From a virus: 49,491 nucleotides of DNA. Location: IMG/VR virus record IMGVR_UViG_3300005323_000007. One strand, written 5' to 3'. A program made the position numbers and the translations under genes. Shown piece by piece: positions 1 through 8,461 of the stretch; position 1 is the first letter of the stretch, and the number at the start of each line of letters is the position of its first letter. A model generated the notes under the pieces. It ran no database searches and had not been told where the DNA came from. It was given only the letters and a program-made list of their open reading frames with translations.

Positions 1-123
1 CGGTTTATTCGGATACAACTTATTCAGAGCATCCGTCACGTCGCTGGGGCCGTATTCATCAGGGATAATAGGTTGAATATAATTATCGAGGATATATTGA
101 GTCTGCTCTTCGGGTGTAAGCAG
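1..123. repeat. Terminal overlap identical to 49369..49491 (closure of a circular or circularly permuted genome)
   Basis: The first 123 nt and last 123 nt read base-for-base identical. The minus-strand reading frame is continuous across the junction. Confidence 0.9.
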
Positions 124-2442
124 ATGAATTCCGAAGAGACTCTGTTTCCCCATATCTATTTTAGGAAGAAGGTACCCCATGAGTCCAGCACCACCAGACG
201 GTTTATTCGGATACAACTTATTCAGAGCATCCGTCACGTCGCTGGGGCCGTATTCATTATAAATAGTGGGAGACTGATAATTTTCAAGAATAGATTTTCC
301 ATATTCTTCTGCTGTTGGTATTTTGCTTCTGAATGAAAGTCCTCCAATCATACCATTGGCTGGAGAATTTTTGAACAAATTGGAAAGAGAACCAGTAACA
401 AGATTAGCACCATTTTCATAATATGCAGGAGATTCAGAAACAAGAAGATTCATAACAGTTCTGAACTGAGACATCATTGGGTTGTTTTCATCCATCCCAG
501 CGTTGACAAGTTTATCAAAAAGATTTAATACACTCTTTGAGAAAGCATCTGTCGACAATGAATTTTCTCGCTGTCGGTTAAGCCATCCTGAAAGTAAAAT
601 TTGTTGATCTGTTCCGGCTATCGTTTCTGCACTAAATCCAGTAGCACTCATCAATACTTTTTCAAAATCGGATAAATCTTTTTTTGTTTTAGTACCGTAT
701 TTATCCATCATCTTCAACAATTCTTGTACTGAAAAATCCCACCAGTGAAAGCCAGCCTTTCTCATATCAGTCAATATTTTATTTGCTTCTTCGGTAAAGT
801 CTTTTTTAGTCTCCGTAGTCCAGCTTTCGTTCCCTTCCGCATTTTTGAATTGATCTGCCCAATAAGTATCAAACCATTTCGTGATGAATGATGAACCGGG
901 GAGTTCCAATCCCTTTAAGCCAGATATTTGTAGGCGACGCTGAAGATATGTTTCCCATGTTTCCCTATTTTCCATTGATTCCGCTGTTTTTGGTGGAGTG
1001 TTATCCATCGATGTCGCCGCAGCACCAAGCCTTTTACCTTCAGCGGAAAGTGCTAATTTTTCTTCTATTTTTTTCTGTATTTGTTGCTCTAAAATATTGA
1101 GGTCAAGTTCGTTTACCTTTGTATTATAAACAGGATTCCATGAATATCCTGTAACTTCACCATAATTAGGCATCCATGGCCTATTTTCAATAGTAGGACT
1201 TTTATTAAAAAGATTGTATTTATACCCAGTTCCGAGGAAAGTTCCTGCCGATTCATCTGCCGCATTTTGTTTCTTCAGCGCATCGAGTGCAGCAAGTATT
1301 TCTTGTGGATCTCCTTCGCCAGTTTTTATAAATGTCATTATATCGTGTTCGCGTGAAACGGTAAGTGCCCATGCATTGAATTCGTCAAGCATTTCCTTGA
1401 GCATATTCTGCCAAGAGCTCGTCATTCTAACAAGATTATTGCTCCAGTCATTATCAAGAAAATCATTGAAAGTATTTGCAACCACACCAAGGAATAATGG
1501 GCCAGTTCCAGTCGCCATATCAGAGAGAAGAACTTCCCATTCTCCTTTTGCAATATTTAATTTCCCCTTGTAAGTTTGTTCAACCTGAGAAAGCATCCCA
1601 CTAAACATACCACCTTTTTCAGTCAAGATATCGATTGCTTTATTTACATCTTCAATTCCTATTTTCCCTTGTCTTGTCATAGAGACAATGTTTGCAGTAT
1701 TTGTATTTAGTGCTTGTGCAAGTGCTTCATAAATAGGGATACCATCCCTGACCATTTGAATAAGATTACGTGCCTGCACATTCCCCATGGCAAACATTTC
1801 ACCATATGATTTTGCGACGAGCGCCAATTTATTATTATCGCCCATCGCCATATCGCCAAGTTTCTGCAATATCGTCATCACATCTTCAGCAGCGACGCCA
1901 AACGCCTTCAATTCGAGTGCGGCTGTTTGTGAAGACGAAAAAGTATAAGGAGTCCTCACGGCGAATCCATATATCTTGTCGAACATTGATGCGCCCTGTT
2001 CCATGTCTCCAATAAGGACTCCCCATTGGATTCGGGCCATTTCAAAAGTACCCGCTAAATCAATACTCTGCTTAGCAAGATTTATCATTTCCTGCGCAAT
2101 CTGACGAGTAACCTGAATTGCTGCCCCTATACCTACTGAATAGCCAGCAACTCGAAGAGCGAGTTCTCCGAATGACATTCCGCTTTCTTTATTGGTGGCA
2201 ATATTTCCAGCTGTTGCTGAACTTAGATTTTTTGTTGTTGAGCTAAGATTATTCAATGACTGGTTGAGGTCATAGACGCCAATACCATTTTCTTTTGTGG
2301 AAAGATTTAAGAGTTGTATCTGTTGAGTAAGTTGTTGAGTGGCAATAGAAGCCTGTTGGGAAATGGAAGTTACTTGTTGCAATATTGCCGTGAGTTCATT
2401 CCCGCCAGTATTGGTAAATTTTACATCAAGCCGACTATCCAT
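1..2442 (-). CDS. Tail tape measure protein, N-terminal part (gene wraps the window edge and continues at 49491..47488)
   Basis: The minus frame is open from ATG 2442..2440 to position 1, and the track omits it because it has no stop in the window. Hand translation gives MDSRLDVKF...MFDKIYGFAVRTPYTFSSSQTAALELKAFGV, which resembles a TMP core. It is in frame with 47488..49407 through the overlap and follows the G/GT pair. Confidence 0.8.
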   Translation of the reverse strand, partial: MDSRLDVKFTNTGGNELTAILQQVTSISQQASIATQQLTQQIQLLNLSTKENGIGVYDLNQSLNNLSSTTKNLSSATAGNIATNKESGMSFGELALRVAGYSVGIGAAIQVTRQIAQEMINLAKQSIDLAGTFEMARIQWGVLIGDMEQGASMFDKIYGFAVRTPYTFSSSQTAALELKAFGVAAEDVMTILQKLGDMAMGDNNKLALVAKSYGEMFAMGNVQARNLIQMVRDGIPIYEALAQALNTNTANIVSMTRQGKIGIEDVNKAIDILTEKGGMFSGMLSQVEQTYKGKLNIAKGEWEVLLSDMATGTGPLFLGVVANTFNDFLDNDWSNNLVRMTSSWQNMLKEMLDEFNAWALTVSREHDIMTFIKTGEGDPQEILAALDALKKQNAADESAGTFLGTGYKYNLFNKSPTIENRPWMPNYGEVTGYSWNPVYNTKVNELDLNILEQQIQKKIEEKLALSAEGKRLGAAATSMDNTPPKTAESMENRETWETYLQRRLQISGLKGLELPGSSFITKWFDTYWADQFKNAEGNESWTTETKKDFTEEANKILTDMRKAGFHWWDFSVQELLKMMDKYGTKTKKDLSDFEKVLMSATGFSAETIAGTDQQILLSGWLNRQRENSLSTDAFSKSVLNLFDKLVNAGMDENNPMMSQFRTVMNLLVSESPAYYENGANLVTGSLSNLFKNSPANGMIGGLSFRSKIPTAEEYGKSILENYQSPTIYNEYGPSDVTDALNKLYPNKPSGGAGLMGYLLPKIDMGKQSLFGIHLLTPEEQTQYILDNYIQPIIPDEYGPSDVTDALNKLYPNKP
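199..257. repeat. 59-nt perfect direct repeat of 1..59 (= 49369..49427) inside the tape measure gene
   Basis: Both copies read cggtttattcggatacaacttattcagagcatccgtcacgtcgctggggccgtattcat. They encode EYGPSDVTDALNKLYPNKP twice, 198 nt (66 codons) apart, and the flanking about 20 aa are diverged. Confidence 0.9.
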
Positions 2443-2884
2443 TTTTATTCCTTTCCTTTTCCTTCTGCTCTTCTTTCCTCTTCTCTTCCTGCCACGCCAA
2501 TAATGTATTGTTCATTGCCATAATCGCTTGAGTTTCCCATGCTGAAAACTCATAGCTGGTAATCGTTTCATAGTCCAGAATGTCTCTCCAGCCTATTTTG
2601 ATTCCAGAAAGCCCCTCATGGATACCATTTCTGATATCCCAAAAAATTGACCAAAGATATTCCCATCCTTCAGGAGGCTTGCTTTCATCAAGCCGTGGAC
2701 TATGCCTACCAAAATCACGCTCAATCGCTTCAAGTTCTTCCCGCAAAGTAGGTCTTCCATCGTCCTTTGCGGGAATATTTAACTCACACCATGCCCTAAC
2801 CGAATTGCACAGATCGGTCAGGGCTTCTGAAAATAATTCCTTCGATTCGTGATGATTCCTGAAACGAAATTGGCAAGATACTTT
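2435..2884 (-). CDS. gpT-like -1 frame extension of the tail assembly chaperone (expressed as a G-T fusion)
   Basis: Hand translation shows this frame open from 2884 to 2435. It is the -1 frame relative to 2818..3192 and overlaps that gene's last about 22 codons. It ends in an ATGGATAG overlap with the TMP start. Confidence 0.6.
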   Translation of the reverse strand, partial: KVSCQFRFRNHHESKELFSEALTDLCNSVRAWCELNIPAKDDGRPTLREELEAIERDFGRHSPRLDESKPPEGWEYLWSIFWDIRNGIHEGLSGIKIGWRDILDYETITSYEFSAWETQAIMAMNNTLLAWQEEKRKEEQKEKERNKNG

Positions 2885-3192
2885 TTATCCATGTATTCTC
2901 TTTTTGCCGCATCCTGCGAGAAAGGAAGTTCCTTGCCATCCTTGCCGAGACCTTTCCATCCGAGCGTCGCACGGGAAAGGATTTCGCACGTATCTTCATA
3001 GCTGATTCCAGTTTTTCCATGCGCCTTATTGCGTTTTTCAACTTCCTCAATGGCTTTTTCATAGACTTTAGAATCAGCTCCGAGAAGTGTGAAAAATACA
3101 CCAGTTGAAGTCCCATCCACTGGATCAGGGACTTCAACCTCAATACCTTTTTCGGAAAGAGTGTTAGAATCAAATCTTGAAATGTCGTACAT
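2818..3192 (-). CDS. Tail assembly chaperone (gpG-like)
   Basis: 124-aa ORF between the major tail protein and TMP, with an overlapping -1 frame ORF downstream. This is the canonical siphovirus G/GT position. Confidence 0.65.
   Translation of the reverse strand: MYDISRFDSNTLSEKGIEVEVPDPVDGTSTGVFFTLLGADSKVYEKAIEEVEKRNKAHGKTGISYEDTCEILSRATLGWKGLGKDGKELPFSQDAAKREYMDKKYLANFVSGIITNRRNYFQKP
2881..2887 (-). promoter_or_regulatory. Candidate -1 programmed frameshift slippery site (U AAA AAG)
   Basis: The minus strand reads gat aaa aag tat in the G frame. The T frame opens exactly here (taa|aaa|gta). AAAAAG is a known Lys-tRNA slippery motif. Confidence 0.45.
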
Positions 3193-3219
3193 TCTATGAC
3201 CTCCTTATTCTTTAGAAAC

Positions 3220-4410
3220 TCATGCGAGTTTCCATATTCTCATGCAATTCACGCTTGTCGAGCTGTCTTTCTGTGCCGTGAATGGAATCTGCTGCGTGAT
3301 ATTGTCGGAAGCTTTCGAGAGAGTTTCTGGATTGAGCACGAGCTTCGGCATATCGAAGACATACCCATAACTTCCGCTCGAATCCATAGCTTGCGCACAA
3401 AGCGCAAGGCTGGTACCAGCACGAATCTTTGTAATAAACGAGGAGTCCTGAAGATACATGGTAAGGTTTCCCGTTACCTTGATCTGCCCGACACCCATTG
3501 CCGTAGGATTCTCAAGCCCCGCGGAGAAAAGTGCGGTACGCCCGCCATCAAATGTTATATTCCCGTCTCGCATATAAGCGATAGGAACTCCATCCAGCAT
3601 GAAGACGTTTCCGCTTGCGCTTGTCTTGATAGGAGCATTCGTTGTCGCTGCTACATAGCTTCCTGCATAGGCAGAAGCCGCCGGGCCGACAAGCGATTTC
3701 GCGATCATATCGAAGTTGCAGGTAATGAGTTGATCGAGAGTAAAACTAAGGTTCATGCTTTTGACTATCGCGCCAAGAAGTTCCTGATAGACTGCTATAT
3801 CGGTTTCAGCTTCCTCGATAGCCATCGATTTCTCAGTAGTCCCGACCACAAGATATCCCATTTTCTGCACTGAAACTCCTGTTTGACTAGTACAGGCAGC
3901 GAGCGTTGAAGCTCCGCTTTCGGGATCAATAGCGCCCGCGAACGTCAGAACTCCAGTCGCCGATGCAGAAACTCTCTTGAATCCATTGTTCGCGGTATAT
4001 GGGCTAGTGAATCCTGAAATTTTCACCCAGTCTCCGGCATAAATTCCTGTAGCTATTCCTGTTGCGCTGATGGTGTTCGTACTTCCAGCGACTACAGTTG
4101 CGGAAAGTCCCGTGATTGCGCTTGCAGCGGCAGCGAAGGCGTTCATGAAAAGCGAAGCCAGATAGTCTTCATGCGCGCCATAAATGAGATTTCCGCTCAA
4201 TCCGAAAGTATTATTTTTGTTGCCAAATTGTATTGGACTTGGCGAACGGTCAGCCGTAGCTTCCTGCGACTCAATGGTCGTCCGTGCCTGTTTAATTCCT
4301 GCACTCGCCATAAGAAGTCGATCTTTCGTAAAGGCAGTTCCGGAAGGAGTACCGAGCGAAGACTCGGTAACGTGTGAGACCTGCCATAAAGAGCCACTTG
4401 CCCTTGCCAT
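3220..4410 (-). CDS. Major tail (tube) protein
   Basis: 396-aa Ala/Gly/Thr/Ser-rich ORF lying between the tail terminator-like gene and the G/GT chaperones. Confidence 0.6.
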   Translation of the reverse strand: MARASGSLWQVSHVTESSLGTPSGTAFTKDRLLMASAGIKQARTTIESQEATADRSPSPIQFGNKNNTFGLSGNLIYGAHEDYLASLFMNAFAAAASAITGLSATVVAGSTNTISATGIATGIYAGDWVKISGFTSPYTANNGFKRVSASATGVLTFAGAIDPESGASTLAACTSQTGVSVQKMGYLVVGTTEKSMAIEEAETDIAVYQELLGAIVKSMNLSFTLDQLITCNFDMIAKSLVGPAASAYAGSYVAATTNAPIKTSASGNVFMLDGVPIAYMRDGNITFDGGRTALFSAGLENPTAMGVGQIKVTGNLTMYLQDSSFITKIRAGTSLALCAQAMDSSGSYGYVFDMPKLVLNPETLSKASDNITQQIPFTAQKDSSTSVNCMRIWKLA

Positions 4411-4471
4411 AATGTTCCTCCTGCCCTAATGGGCATTCAATCGATATTGAAAAGGCGTCTCTATAGCCGCC

Positions 4472-4927
4472 TCAATTCACGACATATGCAGAAAAATAGA
4501 CTCGTATCGCAATCACGAAATCGCTTGTTTCTATATCCTGCAATCCTTCAGTACGTCCACATGAACTTATGAAAACAGATTGTCCATTATAGTAAAGATA
4601 ACTGTTTGCCTTGAAACAATCCTGAATCCGTTGAGCTTCCGTTGAAGCCTGAAAATCTCCTTTTGTCCTCGGTTCGGCGACATTTATCTGGAAAAATCCG
4701 GTAAAATGTATCATCGCTCCAAGTCCTGCGCCATCAGTCTTCGGATTATCGTTCGGTACGAAGAAAACACGATACCAAAGATGATCCGTCGGCTTCACAA
4801 CTTCAACTTGAGAAGCATCCAGCTTCTTGTTGTTCTCATACCATGTATAGGCATCGGGGAGCGCCGCTCCAGGACTTGCTGAAATAGCCCGCGAGAGCAA
4901 ACAATTTTTTACGTCAAGTTCGCTCAT
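4472..4927 (-). CDS. Tail terminator / tail completion protein (gpU-position)
   Basis: ORF trimmed to the ATG at 4927, which overlaps the upstream stop (ATGA-type coupling). It sits directly upstream of the major tail gene. Confidence 0.45.
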   Translation of the reverse strand: MSELDVKNCLLSRAISASPGAALPDAYTWYENNKKLDASQVEVVKPTDHLWYRVFFVPNDNPKTDGAGLGAMIHFTGFFQINVAEPRTKGDFQASTEAQRIQDCFKANSYLYYNGQSVFISSCGRTEGLQDIETSDFVIAIRVYFSAYVVN

Positions 4928-5403
4928 CCATTCATCTCCGATAGCGTTACTCCGACCATCCCATGGGGGGCCAGTTTTGAATATCCATTCTGCGAAAATT
5001 TTACCCATCTGGGGCCAGCAATACCATGCTTACTCTTCCCTCTGGGAATATATGTCCCTCGCAGTGGGGGGTTCGGATAAAGCCCGAATTCAAGAACAAC
5101 TGCCTGTGGCGTATTATTCGTCAAATAAAAATCTTCTTTCAAAACATCCCAATTTTTTATCTTCTCTTCTACGGCAGCCTTCGTCGCACTTCCAGAAGGG
5201 TCTGCACTTCCAGTCGTATCCTCGGAAGGAGCTCCAATATTTCCCATCCAGTTTGCTTTCGTAACTCCAGTATCTACAGGAGTCTTATCGATTATTTTAT
5301 TTGATACTTCTGAGGCTATTTCACGTGCGAATTGGCGTGCATTATCGAGTATTTGTATGCAGTTTTGTTCAATACCTACAACAAATTCTAAATTTTCTGC
5401 CAT
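4924..5403 (-). CDS. HK97 gp10-like head-tail/neck protein
   Basis: Start trimmed to MAENLEF (ATG 5403), adjacent to the upstream stop. The motif KTPVDTGVTKANW resembles the PVDTG motif of the HK97 gp10 family. Confidence 0.5.
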   Translation of the reverse strand: MAENLEFVVGIEQNCIQILDNARQFAREIASEVSNKIIDKTPVDTGVTKANWMGNIGAPSEDTTGSADPSGSATKAAVEEKIKNWDVLKEDFYLTNNTPQAVVLEFGLYPNPPLRGTYIPRGKSKHGIAGPRWVKFSQNGYSKLAPHGMVGVTLSEMNG

Positions 5404-5404
5404 T

Positions 5405-6214
5405 TTATGCCCTAGCCTGTATGATGTAGTATACAACTTGCGGCCCAGGTTGAAAAGGTGACACATTCACTATCTTCAACGTCGTTCTTCCAATCGTAAA
5501 TGTTTTATCGACAGACGGTTTCGTAATTTTATTACCATCAGAATCGAATATAGAAAGCATGAATTTTCTGTCTCCACGCAGAATAAGCGTACCGTCGATA
5601 TCCTTCTCAGAATATTCGAGTTCAAGTGCATACACATTGATTGTCGTCGAGGCAGTTGCGGGGTCTACATAAACGGTCGTACCATCTTTCGTCCATGATT
5701 CCTGCCCGGTAATCGGATTATTGTAATAAGACCATCCTGTAGAATCCCCAGGAATGGTGAAAACAAGCTGTTTCCCGCCATTTCGGATATCCTGCAACTC
5801 ATCGAGTCTGTTTGCCTGATATCCTATAATTTCTCCATCAAGAAATAATTGCTCTACTCTCCCGACGATATAATATTCCGTAAGGCCTGTCTGCTTGTTG
5901 ACAGTGCTAAAAATTTCATTCTGTAGAGGGCCTCCATGATAATCAATGAGCATAAGATGTTTCATGAAGCTACGGTTATTGACGCTCACTGGAGAATCTG
6001 ATGGTGTAAGTGGCGTTGATTTTTCTGGGGATATGCTGACTCTATATTTGAATGATACTGGTCCGTCTGAATCAAATGGTACTAAATCATTCGATGGCAC
6101 AAGGTCTTCAGATGGATATAAACCACCAAGAGGATATCTTTCTATCGTGATGATAGTCGGGTCTTCTGCAATCATCTTGATGATTCCAGCCCGCGCCTGC
6201 GCCGCCTTATTCAA
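5405..6214 (-). CDS. Head closure / head-tail joining protein with inserted domain
   Basis: 269-aa ORF in the connector block. It contains the motif GLYPSEDLVPSNDLVPFD, which is shared with the tail-tip protein. Confidence 0.4.
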   Translation of the reverse strand: MNKAAQARAGIIKMIAEDPTIITIERYPLGGLYPSEDLVPSNDLVPFDSDGPVSFKYRVSISPEKSTPLTPSDSPVSVNNRSFMKHLMLIDYHGGPLQNEIFSTVNKQTGLTEYYIVGRVEQLFLDGEIIGYQANRLDELQDIRNGGKQLVFTIPGDSTGWSYYNNPITGQESWTKDGTTVYVDPATASTTINVYALELEYSEKDIDGTLILRGDRKFMLSIFDSDGNKITKPSVDKTFTIGRTTLKIVNVSPFQPGPQVVYYIIQARA

Positions 6215-6693
6215 ATATCTCCTCCCGCGATAATCGGTTTTCGTGTTCTGAAATATCTGCCCGTAGAGGAACCTGACTCCTCTGCGAGTTCCGTATTGAA
6301 TTCAGCTATGAGCATCTGATAATATTCATAAGTATCTTTCAAGGTCGTATATTCGGTGGAATCCGCGCCTTTCGTGAGTCGTGCAATCTGTATTTCCTGC
6401 CCTAACGACGCCAATATCGCACGTATGACTTTTGGAGCGGAACCGGCAACGCCATATAGGTCAATGAGATTTTCGAGCCGATCGTCTGATATTCTCAAGA
6501 TGCAGGGGTCATTCCATGCAGCCAAGTCGAAATCGTAGGTAACATATTCTCCTGAATCCTCTTTATAGTATGCGGTCTGGCGTGCTGGGGAAGACGGAAG
6601 AGCCGCCGTGTTCGCTACCGATAGAATATCGATGACGCCAGCGGGGTCTGAAACCTTGAGTCTCAATTCCTTTACATCACTCCAAGTCGCCAT
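6211..6693 (-). CDS. Head-tail adaptor / head completion protein
   Basis: 160-aa ORF, the first gene after the major capsid gene, overlapping the next gene by 4 nt. Confidence 0.4.
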   Translation of the reverse strand: MATWSDVKELRLKVSDPAGVIDILSVANTAALPSSPARQTAYYKEDSGEYVTYDFDLAAWNDPCILRISDDRLENLIDLYGVAGSAPKVIRAILASLGQEIQIARLTKGADSTEYTTLKDTYEYYQMLIAEFNTELAEESGSSTGRYFRTRKPIIAGGDI

Positions 6694-6704
6694 TATTTTC
6701 CTCC

Positions 6705-6736
6705 AAAAACGGCCCTATGAACAATCACAGGGCCGT
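6705..6736 (-). terminator. Intrinsic terminator after the major capsid gene
   Basis: The minus strand has an 8-bp stem ACGGCCCU/AGGGCCGU with a 12-nt loop, followed by UUUUU. It lies between the capsid stop (6762) and the next start (6693). Confidence 0.7.
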
Positions 6737-6761
6737 CAGACTGAGCATCAACAGCCGTTCA

Positions 6762-7967
6762 TCAGGACGGAAGCGCAATCTTTACAATCGCACCGGTTCC
6801 GGTCACGCTGCCATCGGCACTTGCGTTCCCAAAGAAGTCGGTGAGATATTCACCTTGAATCCGATACCACGCACGCTCTTCGGTGGACAATTGAAGTACT
6901 GAGCCACGTCCGGTTTCCATCGTGAGCGGCCGCTTGTTGAGCACGAACGCATAGGCCTGCGGAACGAAGAGATACGCATATCCCGCCGTAACGCCAGGGA
7001 AGCTCAACGTTTCCTTGTTCCATGTAAGCCCGTTGTTGAACCCACCGTCATACTCGATTATCTCGGCGACGGGGAGTGCCTGGCGGTTGTAGCCGCGGGC
7101 GCCAGCGGCACCGTTGATGTCGAGCTGTCCGTTGATGACACGCTCAAGTTGCCATGTATCGGCGGAGTTCACGAGAAGCGCCATGCGAGTAGGTGTAATT
7201 TTCTGACCACTTTGGGGATCGGTAAGCGCACGCAGTTTCTTGATGGCGTTCATCACGGTCTCATAGGTCTTCTCATCGAGAGTCAGCCCAGCGGTGGAAA
7301 CCGCAGCCTGATAATGTTTTGGAGTCCCTGTTCCTGTATTGAACGCATAGGCAACGATCGCGCCGATAACAGCGGCATTGCGGGCATCGGCGTCGGCGCG
7401 GGCCACGGCGTCGCTGACTTTCTGCATCTCGAAGATCGAGTTGAAAAGCAGGTTCTTGAGGCTATCCTTCCAGCCGATTCCCTTGATACCGAGCGTTATG
7501 GAATCCGTATTTCCGAGACGCTGTTCGATGAGCGGAACGGAATCGTTGTTTCCATACATGGTTTCCATTTTCCCGACATAGGGGTAGAGATATTTGGGAG
7601 TCACGACTTCCGGGAAATCGAGATTTGTCAACTCGGTACAGATTTTTGACGTGAGATCAGGCATTTCCTGAAGCCTTCGGGTAATATCGATGAAATATTT
7701 GCCCAGCAACGCTTCAAGTTCTGAAGAAGACGGAGCGTTCGCCGCGTTTTTCTTGATATGCCCAATTTCATCCCAGAGTTTGAAATACCCCGCCGAATCG
7801 ACCCATGAGTTGTTTTTCATGGGAACGATCATCGACTCTCCGAAGCACTCGGCCTTGAGAGCACTCAGGTTATCCTTGGCGCTTCCTTTGAAGATGTCGA
7901 TCTTCGTCGCGTTCAGTTTCTTGACTCGCTCTTCGACGAGCGTTTCCTGATTTATAATCTTTACCAT
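6762..7967 (-). CDS. Major capsid protein
   Basis: 401-aa ORF following the protease/scaffold and decoration genes (the position of lambda E) and followed by a terminator hairpin. Confidence 0.75.
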   Translation of the reverse strand: MVKIINQETLVEERVKKLNATKIDIFKGSAKDNLSALKAECFGESMIVPMKNNSWVDSAGYFKLWDEIGHIKKNAANAPSSSELEALLGKYFIDITRRLQEMPDLTSKICTELTNLDFPEVVTPKYLYPYVGKMETMYGNNDSVPLIEQRLGNTDSITLGIKGIGWKDSLKNLLFNSIFEMQKVSDAVARADADARNAAVIGAIVAYAFNTGTGTPKHYQAAVSTAGLTLDEKTYETVMNAIKKLRALTDPQSGQKITPTRMALLVNSADTWQLERVINGQLDINGAAGARGYNRQALPVAEIIEYDGGFNNGLTWNKETLSFPGVTAGYAYLFVPQAYAFVLNKRPLTMETGRGSVLQLSTEERAWYRIQGEYLTDFFGNASADGSVTGTGAIVKIALPS

Positions 7968-7978
7968 GTCATTACTCC

Positions 7979-8449
7979 TTAGGTGGCGTCAGTCGCGTTC
8001 TTCCAGAGGGAGGAAGAAGCCTCATACTTGAGGGCCTGGGTATCAGTCGGGGACGAAATGGAAACATCTGCGAGCCCGGCAAGCGTAAGAACGAGCTGAG
8101 GATACCTGAATTTCTCGAAGCGGATGACACCGGAAGCAAGAACTTTCGTGAGTATACCGACTTCGTAGTATCCAACAGTTTTCGTGTCGGAGAACGCGGA
8201 AGCGGCAGCCTTCCAATAGACTTTCTGGCCGAGCGTCGCAAACGTTTTTTCTCCCGTAACAAGGTCATCGGACTGAATTTCGATTCCCTCTTCGACATGA
8301 ACGGTTCCATACGCGCCCGCCGCGATATCCTGGTCCGCGACACCGCATATGCCGTTCATGACAACGAACTGGTTGCGAACGATTGCCACCCCAGAGCCGT
8401 TATAGATAGGAACATGGTCATTCTTTTCTTTATCGACATATACTGTCAT
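7979..8449 (-). CDS. Head decoration protein (DUF2190-like)
   Basis: The pattern GICGVADQDIAAGAYGTVHVEEG...GQKVYW is typical of DUF2190 capsid decoration/cement proteins. The gene lies immediately upstream of the capsid gene. Confidence 0.6.
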   Translation of the reverse strand: MTVYVDKEKNDHVPIYNGSGVAIVRNQFVVMNGICGVADQDIAAGAYGTVHVEEGIEIQSDDLVTGEKTFATLGQKVYWKAAASAFSDTKTVGYYEVGILTKVLASGVIRFEKFRYPQLVLTLAGLADVSISSPTDTQALKYEASSSLWKNATDAT

Positions 8450-8461
8450 GTTCTACTCTCC

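Noticed and set aside
49-75. CUGAUGA on the minus strand (tcatcag at 55..61) as another hammerhead core
   Set aside because: It lies inside the TMP coding sequence. No stem II hairpin followed by GAA, and no matching stem I or III, could be drawn.
2796-3173. 125-aa ORF in the third minus frame over the gpG-like gene
   Set aside because: It is neither the G frame nor the -1 (T) frame. Its Arg/Lys-rich translation and full overlap with the better-supported 2818..3192 ORF argue against it.
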